Source: Thermoplasmata archaeon (lineage in GTDB: Archaea > Thermoplasmatota > Thermoplasmata > Lutacidiplasmatales > UBA184). From it: 64,000 nt of DNA. Location: contig JASHPY010000077.1 of the NCBI GenBank assembly GCA_030037855.1, positions 2,035-66,034 on the forward strand, given 5' to 3'. Positions 20,139 through 29,497 of the stretch are shown here, piece after piece. A program made the translations under genes and the position numbers. The first letter of the stretch is position 1; every line of letters starts with the position of its first letter. The notes under the pieces are model-generated. The model was given only the letters and a program-made list of their open reading frames with translations. It was not told where the DNA came from and did no database searches.

Positions 20139-21743
20139 GTGGACGCGACGACGACCACGGAAGTGGGAAAGAGGCCGGTCGGCTCGCCCTCGCCGACCCG
20201 CTACCTCTCGGGATGGCCGGCCGTCTTCGTCCTCGTGGGCGTCTTCTTCGCGATCCTGATGGGGGCGATGGACTCGCTGGTCGTCTCGACCGTCCTCCCC
20301 CGGATCGCGGGTGACCTCCATCAGGCGAACGGCGTGACGTTCGTCGTGAGCTCCTACCTGATCGCGTCCACGATCTCCGTCCCGATCTTCGCGCGGCTCT
20401 CCGACATCGGAAGTCGTCGGAATGTCTTCCTCGTCGGCCTCGTGATCTTCATCGTCGGGTCCGCGCTCGCGGGGCTCAGCCAGAACCTGAGCGAGCTCAT
20501 CGTCTTCCGGGGCGTCCAAGGGTTCGGCGGTGGCGGCATCTTCCCGGTGGCGATCGCGATGGTCGCCGTGCTGTTCCCGCCCGCCGAACGCTCGCGGGTC
20601 GTCGGCGTCCTCTCCGGAGGCGCCGGGGTCGCGATCGTCGCCGGCCCCCTGGTCGGCAGCGCGATCGTGGGGTTCACGACGTGGCGCTGGGTGTTCTACA
20701 TCAACCTCCCGTTCGGGTTCCTCGCGATCGCGGTCCTCCTGCTCGCCGTCGGACCCCTCGGGTCCGACCGGCGGGGCGGCGTGGACCTCCCCGGCATCGC
20801 GCTTCTCTCGGGCTGGGTGGGGGCGCTGATGTTCGCCCTCGTCGAGGTCTCCGACCTCGTCTGGACGTGGACCGACCCGCGGACCCTCGGCCTGTTGGTC
20901 TCCGCGGTCGTGCTCTTCGCCGCGTTCCTCCTGTGGGAGCTGCGAACCGCCGAGCCGCTCGTGCCGATCCGGCTCATGGGACGCCGGGTGCTCGCCGCGA
21001 GCAGCGGGGCGATGTTGTTCACCGGCATCGTCTATAGCTCCCTCATCACCTTCCTCTCGATCTTCGTCGGGCTGGTCGTGCTCCAGAACGGACCCGGCGC
21101 CCCGGCCGCGGTCCGGGACATCATCTACTTCCTCGCGGTCCCGCTCGTCCTCGGGGCCGTCCTCGGCGGACAGGTCCTGCTCCGAGTCTCCTACCGAACC
21201 CTGATCGCCCCCGCGCTCGCGGTCGCCGGGATCGTCGGGCTGTTGCTGACGAACCTGAGCGCGTCCACGCCGCTCTGGGTGCTCGCCGGAGGGTTCGTTC
21301 CGGTCGGTGGGATCGCGTTGCCCCTGATCCCCATCGGATTCGGGCTCGGCCTCGCGCTCTCGGGCGTCACGATCGCCGTGCAGAACGAGTCGCCTACCGG
21401 CGAGGTGGGTGCGGCGATCGGGATCACGCGGTTCCTTCAGAGCCTCGGGGGGGCGGTCGGCCTCTCGCTCCTCACGGTTTTCCAGACATGGCGGGTCACG
21501 GCGCTCTCCGCGGGCGCGACGACCCCGGCCGAGCTCCAGCGTGCCGTGATCGCGAGCTATGACGAGGTCTTCCTGGTTCTGGCGGTCTGCATCCTCGCCG
21601 CCTTCGTCTTCTCGCTGTTCTACGTCGGGCGCGTGGTCTCGGGCGCGCGGGCCACCGGGACTACGGCCGGGCCGCGACCGGTGGCCGCTCCGGCCGCGGG
21701 ACCCGCAGAGATGGGACCGCGGGCCGTCGACGACCGCCCGTAG
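20139..21743 (+). CDS. MFS drug:H+ antiporter (DHA2, EmrB/QacA-like)
   Basis: MDSLVVSTVLP.I, ARLSDIGSRR, FRGVQGFGGG, WRWVFYINLPFG; about 14 TM segments. Confidence 0.92.
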   Translation: MDATTTTEVGKRPVGSPSPTRYLSGWPAVFVLVGVFFAILMGAMDSLVVSTVLPRIAGDLHQANGVTFVVSSYLIASTISVPIFARLSDIGSRRNVFLVGLVIFIVGSALAGLSQNLSELIVFRGVQGFGGGGIFPVAIAMVAVLFPPAERSRVVGVLSGGAGVAIVAGPLVGSAIVGFTTWRWVFYINLPFGFLAIAVLLLAVGPLGSDRRGGVDLPGIALLSGWVGALMFALVEVSDLVWTWTDPRTLGLLVSAVVLFAAFLLWELRTAEPLVPIRLMGRRVLAASSGAMLFTGIVYSSLITFLSIFVGLVVLQNGPGAPAAVRDIIYFLAVPLVLGAVLGGQVLLRVSYRTLIAPALAVAGIVGLLLTNLSASTPLWVLAGGFVPVGGIALPLIPIGFGLGLALSGVTIAVQNESPTGEVGAAIGITRFLQSLGGAVGLSLLTVFQTWRVTALSAGATTPAELQRAVIASYDEVFLVLAVCILAAFVFSLFYVGRVVSGARATGTTAGPRPVAAPAAGPAEMGPRAVDDRP

Positions 21744-21802
21744 CGTTCCGTGCCGCCGCGCCCGCCTTAGGGCTTGTTATACTCGGCGGCGATGGGGGCG
21801 AC

Positions 21803-21925
21803 ATGGCAGCGACGGATGGCGACATGGTCCAGTGTAACACCTGCGGCACGACGTATCCGGCCTCCGACACCGCCGAGGCCGCGAACCACGTCGGCCACGA
21901 CACCGTTCATATCGAGCAGGGGTGA
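21803..21925 (+). CDS. 40-aa C2H2-type zinc-finger microprotein (absent from the ORF track)
   Basis: Translated by hand: MAATDGDMVQCNTCGTTYPASDTAEAANHVGHDTVHIEQG*. TTATA box about 20-25 nt upstream. Confidence 0.7.
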   Translation: MAATDGDMVQCNTCGTTYPASDTAEAANHVGHDTVHIEQG

Positions 21926-21943
21926 CCGTCCGGGGTCGGACGC

Positions 21944-22483
21944 CTAGGTCCGCTCGCGGTCGGCCGACGCCGACCGCGCCGCCGTCCACTCCTCGTACGT
22001 CCCGAGCGGCGGCTCGAGGTCCATCTGCCAGAGCAGGGCGTTGATCTCGCCGATGTGCTGCAGCTCTTCCTCGACCATATGCCAGAGCACGTCGCCGACC
22101 GGGAACCGCCGTTCCGTCGGCGCGTCCGCGCCGGGAAAGTGGGTGACGATCTCGCGGGAGAGGTCGGGTTCGCTCAATCCCGCGAGGTATCCGTTCACGA
22201 GGTCGTCGATCTCGTCCGTGGCGCTCCGCAGCCGCTCCGGGGTCAGTTCCCGGGCCGGAAGCTCGAGCTTCAGCGCGTCCGCCACGCGGTCGTGGGGAAC
22301 CAAGTCGAACCAGAAGCGGTGACCGTCCAGTAGGTGCGCGTAGATCTCCTGAAGGGACGGATACGACGCGCCGCGGTCCTGCAGTCTCGCTTCTGGCGGA
22401 AGCTGGAGGATCACCTCGAGGTACTTCCGGCGCACGGCCGCGTTCCAATGGTAAAAGGCCCGTATCGCGCTCAGTTCCGACAT
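21944..22483 (-). CDS. DinB family protein
   Basis: YHWN, S...Y.HLLD, LWHMVEEELQHIGEI. Confidence 0.85.
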   Translation of the reverse strand: MSELSAIRAFYHWNAAVRRKYLEVILQLPPEARLQDRGASYPSLQEIYAHLLDGHRFWFDLVPHDRVADALKLELPARELTPERLRSATDEIDDLVNGYLAGLSEPDLSREIVTHFPGADAPTERRFPVGDVLWHMVEEELQHIGEINALLWQMDLEPPLGTYEEWTAARSASADRERT

Positions 22484-22616
22484 CCTGGCCCCGCTCCGTA
22501 CGCGCGGCACGCGCCGACGCGCGATAAGGGACCTGCGAGGGGGCGCGGAACGCCCCTGGCGAGGGGAGCGCGCCCCGCGTTCAGGCTGAAATGCTCGGGC
22601 GCGATGGACCGGCCGG

Positions 22617-23339
22617 ATGGCCGTGAGGTTCGCCCGGGCGCCGTGGGCGGTCGGGCTGGCGGCGCTGGTCGGCGGAGTCGGGGCATCGTTCGTCGGGTAC
22701 GCCACGTCCCTCGCCCGGTACGGGAGCGAACCGGCCCCGGGCGGCGTCGCAGCGGTGTTCGTCGGCACGCTCCTGGGCGCGACGATCGGTGCCACCGTCG
22801 CGGCCATCGTGGCGTCCGCGATCGGTCGGCGGGCCGGTGCCGAAGTCGCCACGACCGCCGGGGGGGTGCTGGGGATTGCGTCGGGGGGCCTCGCCGGTGT
22901 CGCGGCGCAAGCGCTCGCGAGCGCGTGGATCTCCGTCGACCTATCGAACCCGATCCAGGGCGCCCTCGTCGGCGCGGGGGTCGCCGGGGTCGCGGCGGGG
23001 ACCGTGACGGGAGTTCTCGTCCTCGCCCTGCGACGGCCGGTCACCTCGATCAAGCAGATCGTCCGCTTCGCCGGCCTGGTCGGCGCGATCGCGGGCCTGT
23101 TCGCCGGGGTCGGGGGCGGCGTCCTCGGTGGCTCGTTGGGAGCTCTCGCGGGGGCCTGCTCGTCCGCCTCCTCGGGCGCCCTCCCGAACCTCTACGGATG
23201 CGGCGGGGGCGCGCTCGACGGGTCACTGCTCGTCGGCCTCTGGGTCGGCGCGATCCTTGGGGCGGTGGCCGCCCTGTCCGTGGCGGAGGGCCTCACGCTG
23301 GTCGCGACCCGCGGGGAGTCGTTCCGACGCGACCTATAG
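22617..23339 (+). CDS. Gly/Ala-rich integral membrane protein
   Basis: Multiple GxxxG-rich hydrophobic helices; no family recognised. Confidence 0.6.
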   Translation: MAVRFARAPWAVGLAALVGGVGASFVGYATSLARYGSEPAPGGVAAVFVGTLLGATIGATVAAIVASAIGRRAGAEVATTAGGVLGIASGGLAGVAAQALASAWISVDLSNPIQGALVGAGVAGVAAGTVTGVLVLALRRPVTSIKQIVRFAGLVGAIAGLFAGVGGGVLGGSLGALAGACSSASSGALPNLYGCGGGALDGSLLVGLWVGAILGAVAALSVAEGLTLVATRGESFRRDL

Positions 23340-23402
23340 ACCCGCCGGCGCGCGTCCGATCGGTTCAAAGCACAAGTACGGCCACGGCGTCGCGGCGCAC
23401 CG

Positions 23403-23945
23403 ATGCCGGGGAAACCGGTTTCCGCGGCCGCCGAGCGCCTGACGCCGGCGCAGGCGCGCCGATTGTTCGGCTACAATCGCCGGGTGTTCGACCGGTTCGT
23501 TCGGCGGATCCGGAAGCAGTCGAGACGGTTCGCCCACCGCCGACGGGAGATCGGCCACCAGACGCTGTTCGAGACGCTGGTCCACATCCTGAACGTGCAG
23601 GAGGTCTGGATCGGGTTCATCCTCCAGGGCCGGAACTCCGATGCGGAGCTCGAGCAGCTGTTCCGCGACCCGACCCGTCGGCCCAAGGACTGGAAGGGGT
23701 TCGGCCGCTACCGACGGCGCGTGGAGGACGGGACCCGACGGTACCTGGCCCGGGTCACCGCGGCCGAGCTCGCGCGACCGGTGCATGCGTTCTGGATGCC
23801 GGGTCGCTACGTCGCCTCCGATGCCCTCTGGCAGGTCACGTTGGAGCAGGCGCACCACCTCGGTGAGATCATCGGCGCCCTCTGGCAGGACGATGTCGAG
23901 CCCCCCGAGATGACCTGGATCCGCGTCGGTGCGGACCGGCGCTGA
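23403..23945 (+). CDS. DinB family protein
   Basis: LF.YN, TL.HILNV, EQAHHLGEIIGALWQ. Confidence 0.85.
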   Translation: MPGKPVSAAAERLTPAQARRLFGYNRRVFDRFVRRIRKQSRRFAHRRREIGHQTLFETLVHILNVQEVWIGFILQGRNSDAELEQLFRDPTRRPKDWKGFGRYRRRVEDGTRRYLARVTAAELARPVHAFWMPGRYVASDALWQVTLEQAHHLGEIIGALWQDDVEPPEMTWIRVGADRR

Positions 23946-23961
23946 CGCGGGGCCGCGCCCC

Positions 23962-24648
23962 ATGACGATCCGGGCGGTGTTCCTCGACTTCGGGGGGACA
24001 CTGGTCCACTCTCAGCCCGAGCCGTTCGAGGCGATGCGACCCGTGCTCGACTCCTTCGGCCTCGGGATCTCGATCGACCGGTACGCCGACGCGAACCACC
24101 GGGTGCTCCCTCGACTCCGATCGCAGCAGTACACCTCCCTCGGCCAACTCCCGTCGTTCTGGGACCGGGTCCACGCCGCCGCCCTCGAGGAGCTCGGGGT
24201 CGTGGGCCGCGACGACGTGGTCCGCGCGATCCGGGCGGCGGTCACCTCGCCCGAGTGGCACCGGCCGTATCCCGAGACCGAAGCCGTGCTTCGCGAGCTA
24301 AGGAGGCGAGGCCTCGGCCTGCACGTCGTCTCGAACAACACCGACTACCTGGTCGAGGCGGTGCATCGCCTCGGATGGGACCAGCGGTTCGACTCGCTCA
24401 CCTACTCCCAGGAGGCCGGAGCCGAGAAGCCGGACCGGCGGGTGTTCGAGCTCGCGTTACGCCGGGCCGGTTGCACGCCCGCGGAGGGCCTCTACGTCGG
24501 CGACAGCTGGGAGGCCGACTACCTCGGCGCCTGCCGGGCGGGCCTTCGCGGGGTCTGGCTGAACCGGGACGGGCGACCGCTCCCCGGGCCGGCCGAGACC
24601 GCCACGACGCTCGAAGGAGTCGTCGCGCTCGCTCGGACCCCCGCCTGA
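23962..24648 (+). CDS. HAD-superfamily hydrolase
   Basis: FLDFGGTL (motif I), VSN, EKPD, YVGDSWEAD. Confidence 0.9.
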   Translation: MTIRAVFLDFGGTLVHSQPEPFEAMRPVLDSFGLGISIDRYADANHRVLPRLRSQQYTSLGQLPSFWDRVHAAALEELGVVGRDDVVRAIRAAVTSPEWHRPYPETEAVLRELRRRGLGLHVVSNNTDYLVEAVHRLGWDQRFDSLTYSQEAGAEKPDRRVFELALRRAGCTPAEGLYVGDSWEADYLGACRAGLRGVWLNRDGRPLPGPAETATTLEGVVALARTPA

Positions 24649-25380
24649 GCCCGGGTCCGCGGGGACCTTCCACATCGTCAGTTCGAGTCCGATCGGAGTG
24701 AGCACCGCCTGGCTGCTCGGGAACGGGCTGCGCGCCGCGAACCGGGCGAACTCCTCGGCCGAGTAGGCCCGTCGGCGCAGCGACCGCAGGGTGCGCAACG
24801 TAAGGAAACTCCGGAGCGCCCCGAGCCGCATCCCTCGCACCTCGTTCCGGACCGCCGCGTCGGACGCGTCCCGCCGCAGGTCCTCGATCGTCGCTCGCCC
24901 GCCGGGCCGGAGGACGCGGTACATCTCGTCCACGGCCGCCTGGGGTCGGCGGAAATTCTTGAACGCGGCCTGACAGACGACCCGATCGAACGACGCGTTC
25001 GGGAACGGGAGCTGCGCGGCGTCGCCGAGGCGGGCGGTGACCGAGACCCCCTCGGCCCGGGCCCGGTCGGCCACCATCTTAACGAACGTGTGGCTGACGT
25101 CGAGCGCGGTTACGTTCACTCGCCCGAGCCGCGCGATCTCGACCGAGAAGTAGCCGGGTCCGGGCGCGACCTCGAGCACCTCGGCGCCGTCCGGTAGATC
25201 GCGGGTGAGCTCGGCCGCCTGCTGACGCCACAGGGCGATCTGGCTCTCGGAGCCCCGCGTCTTCGCGTACCATCGGGCGATCGACCCTTCCATCGCCATC
25301 CCACGGTACGGCTTCGGTCCCGGTCCCCCGGTCTCAGCGGCGCCCGGCCGGGCCACCGGCGTCGCGGGTCCGTCCGTCAT
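24457..25380 (-). CDS. Class I SAM-dependent methyltransferase
   Basis: VLEVAPGPG, GDAAQLPF, CQAAFKNF, RVLRPGG. A C-terminal tail overlaps the HAD gene. Confidence 0.85.
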   Translation of the reverse strand: MTDGPATPVARPGAAETGGPGPKPYRGMAMEGSIARWYAKTRGSESQIALWRQQAAELTRDLPDGAEVLEVAPGPGYFSVEIARLGRVNVTALDVSHTFVKMVADRARAEGVSVTARLGDAAQLPFPNASFDRVVCQAAFKNFRRPQAAVDEMYRVLRPGGRATIEDLRRDASDAAVRNEVRGMRLGALRSFLTLRTLRSLRRRAYSAEEFARFAARSPFPSSQAVLTPIGLELTMWKVPADPGSGGGPSERDDSFERRGGLGRPGERSPVPVQPDPAKARPAGAEVVGLPAVADVEALRGRATGPA

Positions 25381-25490
25381 CCGAGCTCCCTCCGGTAGCG
25401 GAACAGCGGAGCCGTGGATATGGACCCGACTCACCGGGGGTGGGGACCGGGCGTGTTCGTAGGGGGGTGGGGAGCGCCGGTCGGCTCGAC

Positions 25491-25811
25491 TCACGCCCAT
25501 TCGGGCGAGACGAGGTCTCGCAACTGGGGTTCGAGCCGTGGCACGACCGAACCGGCGTCGACCGCCTCGCTGACGAGGAGGTCGACCGAGCCGGCCAGCG
25601 CCCGGAGGAGTTTGCCGCGGTCGACGGATCGCACGGGGGCCGTAGTCGTCTGCGCGAGCACGTCCGCGGGCAGCTGGTCGAACCCTCGGCCGTGGCTCGG
25701 CTCGAGTCCGCGACGACCGCACGCGAGCATCAGCGCCTGGTCGCGCACCCCGCCGACCGTGCCGCTCTCGAGGTCCCCTCCACACTCCGGACACGTGGTC
25801 CCGAGTCCCAT
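25491..25811 (-). pseudogene. Chimeric remnant: zinc-ribbon start (CPECGG) joined to the C-terminal helical part of a nucleotidyltransferase-domain protein
   Basis: GVRDQAL.LAC.R.GL...HGRGFDQLP..VRS.D...L.RAL resembles, from memory, the C-terminus of NTase-domain proteins. No catalytic N-terminal domain is present. Confidence 0.45.
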
Positions 25812-25846
25812 GGTCCTCTGGCGGACAGGACAACGAGGTGCCAGAT

Positions 25847-26305
25847 CTACGGCGGTGGCCCGCGACCGACGACGGGCCTCGAGACCTTCGTGCGCCGGAC
25901 CGAGGCCGGCATCGGCGGGGTCCTCCCGAAGCGACGCCGTCCCGCCCAGTAGAGGCTGATCCGGTGCCCGTCGGGGTCGCGCAGGTACGCGTGGTCCCAC
26001 CCCCACGGGCGACGCTTCGGTGGATCGTCGAACGTGACGCCACGACGCGCGAGCCGCCGGCACTCGGCGCGGAGGTTCCGGCTCTCGAAGTAGAGCACGA
26101 CCTCCCGAGAGCCCCGCGGCGACCGTCCGTCCTTCGTCGCGTGGAGCGCGAGGGTGGCGCTCCCGCCGGGCCCGCGCAGTCGCGCATAGCCGGACATCGA
26201 CTCGATCGTCTCGAATCCAAGGAGATCGCGGTAGAACCGCAGGGACCTCGGAAGGTCCCGCACGTAGACGATCACGTGGTTCAGGGTGAACGTCCGCTTC
26301 GCCAT
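25847..26305 (-). CDS. VOC/glyoxalase family protein
   Basis: NHVIVYVRDL.RSL.FY..LLG, PWG..AYLRDPDGH. Confidence 0.88.
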   Translation of the reverse strand: MAKRTFTLNHVIVYVRDLPRSLRFYRDLLGFETIESMSGYARLRGPGGSATLALHATKDGRSPRGSREVVLYFESRNLRAECRRLARRGVTFDDPPKRRPWGWDHAYLRDPDGHRISLYWAGRRRFGRTPPMPASVRRTKVSRPVVGRGPPP

Positions 26306-26327
26306 CGGCACTCGAGCCGGGCCCCCG

Positions 26328-28367
26328 TCACCCGGCGCGACTCCGTGCGCGCGCACGTCGGGTCGTCGGGCCAGTGGAGGAGTGACGGTGCGTCTCCAAT
26401 CGGGGGATCGTCCCGGTCGGAAGGCCGTACTCGCGAAGCAGCGCGACGAACCGGGGCTCGTCCCGAAGGCTATCGAAGAACACGCCGCGGTACCAGAGCC
26501 AGAGCGTCGGGTCCCCCTCGCGGAAGTCCTGCTCCAGGAGGTCGAGCGCCTTCGCCTTCTCGCCCATCGCGGCGTACATCATCGCCCGGTCCGTCGGCGA
26601 CGTGTAGGTCTTGGCCTCGCCCCTCGCGATCCGGGCGAGCATCTCGCGCGCCGCCGCGGGTCGACCGAGCAGCGCGTTCAGCAGCGCGTGGTCGAACCGA
26701 GCCCCGTCGTCGGCGTCGCCGAGGGGCGTGTCCGCCTCCCGCAGGGCGTCCGTTCGCCGACCGGCGCCGAGGTAGTACATCCCGACGTACACGTGGTACT
26801 CGACCTCCTTCGGATGGCGGTCGCGCTCCGCCTCCGCGAACCGGATCCCCTCGGCGAGATTTCCCGACTCGAACTCCGCCCACGCGAGCGTGGCCTGAAA
26901 GTGTCCTCGCGGGTCGAGCTGGGCGCCGTGGCGGAGAAGTTCCTTCGCCTGGTCGAACCGGCCGAGCGCGAACGTCATCAGGCCGTAGAACCGGTACGCC
27001 TCGACGTTGCTCGGGTTCAGCGCGATCGCCTTCTGGAACTCGCTCTCCGCGAGCGCCCAGTTGTGTTCGCTCTGGAACACGAGGTTCGCGAGCGCGGAGT
27101 GCGCCGACGAGGACTCGGGGTCGATCTCGAGCGCCCGCGCGATGAGCTTCCGTGCCTTCGGGACGACCTTGCGCATCGAGATGCTGTCCCCACCGGCCGC
27201 GATGTAGGCATTGGCGCAGGCCGCGTACGCCTCCGCGAACTCCGGGTCGAGACGGGTCGCCCGCTCGAAGCAGCGGACCGCCCGATCGAGTCCGTTCGGC
27301 AGCGACTCTCTCAGCATCGCGAGTCCGCGGAGATACAGGTCGTACGCCGCGAGGTTCGACGTCGGGGGACGTTTCGGCTGCGTTCCGTCCGTCGGTCGGA
27401 GCTCGAGGCGCAGGGCGTCCGCGGTGCGCTCGGCGATGTCGCTCTGCACCGCGAACACGTCGTCCAGCTCTCGATTGTAGCTCGTGGCCCAGACGTGCTG
27501 CTGGGTCGGTACGTCGACCAGCTGAAGGGTGATCCGGATCCGGTTCCCCGCCTTTCGCACGCTGCCCTCCAGCACGGTATCGACGCCGAGCTCCGCGCCG
27601 ACCTCGGCGACCGACTTCGGGGCGGTCTTGTACGGCATGACCGAGGTCCGCGCGATGACGCTCAATCCCCGGACGTGCGAGAGCACGCTGATCAGCTCCT
27701 CGGTGAGCCCATCGGCGAAGTAGCCGTCGCCCGGGTCGGGCGAGATATTGGCGAGGGGCAGGACGGCGAGCTGCCGGGCGCCGGACGGCTCGGACGGCGG
27801 TAGCACCGACGCCACGGAACTCCACGGGAGGACCACGCGGTAGATGGTCACGGGCATTCGGATGTGCTTCAACGCGACCGGCGGGAGCCGGGCGAGAGGC
27901 ATCGGGATCTTGTTCTGGACCTGGTCGACGACCTGCTGGCTGAGACAGATCCCGCCCGGCTCGGCGAGCGGTTGGATCCGCGAAGCGATGTTGACGGCAT
28001 CGCCGAGTACGTCGTCCCGGGTTTGCACGACGTCGCCCACGTGAACTCCGACGCGCACCCGGATCCGCTCGGCCTCCGGCACGGAGGTGCCGCCCTCGCG
28101 GAGCGAACGCTGGACTTCGATCGCGCAGCGGACCGCGTCGAGCGCGCTCTCGAACTCCACCAGGAACGCGTCGCCCATGGTCTTGACGACTCGACCGGCG
28201 AACCGCGAGAAGATCGGGCGGAGGAGACGGTTGTGCTGCTCGAGCGCGTGGAGGGCCGAACCCTCGTCGGCCTGGACGCGGGCGGCGTAGCCGACCACGT
28301 CCGTGAACATGATGGCGGCGAGGCGGCGGTGCGAAGTGCTCACGGGGCGGGGACGCGCCTCCGACAA
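26328..28367 (-). CDS. Class III adenylate/guanylate cyclase with TolB-like and TPR domains
   Basis: AAIMFTDVVG, VKTMGDAF, RVGVHVGDV, GDAVNIASRI; LAVLPLAN..YFADGLTEELI; TPR repeats. The start may instead be GTG 28343. Confidence 0.92.
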   Translation of the reverse strand: MSEARPRPVSTSHRRLAAIMFTDVVGYAARVQADEGSALHALEQHNRLLRPIFSRFAGRVVKTMGDAFLVEFESALDAVRCAIEVQRSLREGGTSVPEAERIRVRVGVHVGDVVQTRDDVLGDAVNIASRIQPLAEPGGICLSQQVVDQVQNKIPMPLARLPPVALKHIRMPVTIYRVVLPWSSVASVLPPSEPSGARQLAVLPLANISPDPGDGYFADGLTEELISVLSHVRGLSVIARTSVMPYKTAPKSVAEVGAELGVDTVLEGSVRKAGNRIRITLQLVDVPTQQHVWATSYNRELDDVFAVQSDIAERTADALRLELRPTDGTQPKRPPTSNLAAYDLYLRGLAMLRESLPNGLDRAVRCFERATRLDPEFAEAYAACANAYIAAGGDSISMRKVVPKARKLIARALEIDPESSSAHSALANLVFQSEHNWALAESEFQKAIALNPSNVEAYRFYGLMTFALGRFDQAKELLRHGAQLDPRGHFQATLAWAEFESGNLAEGIRFAEAERDRHPKEVEYHVYVGMYYLGAGRRTDALREADTPLGDADDGARFDHALLNALLGRPAAAREMLARIARGEAKTYTSPTDRAMMYAAMGEKAKALDLLEQDFREGDPTLWLWYRGVFFDSLRDEPRFVALLREYGLPTGTIPRLETHRHSSTGPTTRRARARSRAG

Positions 28368-28531
28368 GTTAAGCGCTCCCGGGGGAGGTCGCGGGCACCC
28401 CTCTTCCCCGGGCGTTCCGATGGGCGCCGGTCGAGCTCTACCCGCCGGTGCCGGCGGGCGGCCCGGCGCACGGACGAGCGACCGGGGCTCGAAGCCCGCT
28501 ACTCCTTTAGTCGGGGTCGGCTACCGCGACG

Positions 28532-29428
28532 ATGGTCGATCGTTCCGAGTCGAGCTTCCTCGAGGTCGACGGCTACAAGATCTATCTCCGGACGTTCGGC
28601 CCGAGGCGGCGCGGTCGCACGCTGCTCTGTGTTCACGGAGGACCCGGGGGCACGCACGACTACCTCCTCCCGCTCGCGGACCTCGCCCGCCAGGGCTACC
28701 GGGTCGTGTTCTATGACGCGCTCGGCTGCGGGCACTCGGACCTTCCCGAGACGTCCCGGCTCTTCACGGTCGAGCACGACCTCGAGGTGCTGGACGCGGT
28801 CCGGCGATCGCTCGGCGAGGAGCGCGTGCATCTGATGGGCTCGAGCTACGGCGGCCTCCTCGTCCTCGACTACGCGACGCGCCACTCCGAGCGTCTGCTG
28901 AGCCTGAACTCGACCGGTGGCCTGACCGACGTGCCGCTGTGCGTGCGCGAGATGCAACGGCTCGTGCGCGGGCTCCCCGCCCGGACCCGGGCGACGCTGC
29001 GCGAGTACGGCGCGCGCGGGGAGTTCCTCCACCCGGAGTACGAGGCCGCGGCGATGCAGTTCTATCGGCGGCATCTCTGCCGGCTCTGGCCGTGGCCGGA
29101 GCCCGTCGTCGCAACGATGGTACGGATGAGCCGGCCCGTGTACAACACGATGAACGGACCGAACGAGTTCACGATCGTGGGAAGGATCAAGGACCTCGTC
29201 TTCACCCCGGAGCTCCGGAGGGTCTCGGTCCCCTCCCTGCTCATCCACGGACGGTACGACGAGGTCACGCCGCTCATGGGCGAGCGGATGCACCGCGCCC
29301 TGCCCGGTTCGTTGTTCCGCATCTTCCCCCGGAGCTCGCACACGGCCTTCTGGGAGCAGCGCCGGGAGTACCTGCGATTGGTCTCGGGCTTCATGGGGAT
29401 GGCGGAAGAGACCCTACGCTCGGCCTGA
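28532..29428 (+). CDS. pip: Proline iminopeptidase (tricorn-interacting factor F1-like)
   Basis: HGGPGGTHDYL, YD.LGCG.S, GSSYGG, MNGPNEF, YDEVTP, SSH..FWE. Confidence 0.9.
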   Translation: MVDRSESSFLEVDGYKIYLRTFGPRRRGRTLLCVHGGPGGTHDYLLPLADLARQGYRVVFYDALGCGHSDLPETSRLFTVEHDLEVLDAVRRSLGEERVHLMGSSYGGLLVLDYATRHSERLLSLNSTGGLTDVPLCVREMQRLVRGLPARTRATLREYGARGEFLHPEYEAAAMQFYRRHLCRLWPWPEPVVATMVRMSRPVYNTMNGPNEFTIVGRIKDLVFTPELRRVSVPSLLIHGRYDEVTPLMGERMHRALPGSLFRIFPRSSHTAFWEQRREYLRLVSGFMGMAEETLRSA

Positions 29429-29497
29429 GGCGCGGGCGACGGAGGGGAACGCGCGACGCCCCCGGGCGGCGGGCGGTGGGGTCGCGGGCTCCGCCGT

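Noticed and set aside
28374..28460. GC-rich hairpins between the divergent cyclase and pip genes
   Set aside because: They have no U-tract and no recognisable RNA motif; such stems arise readily at this GC content.
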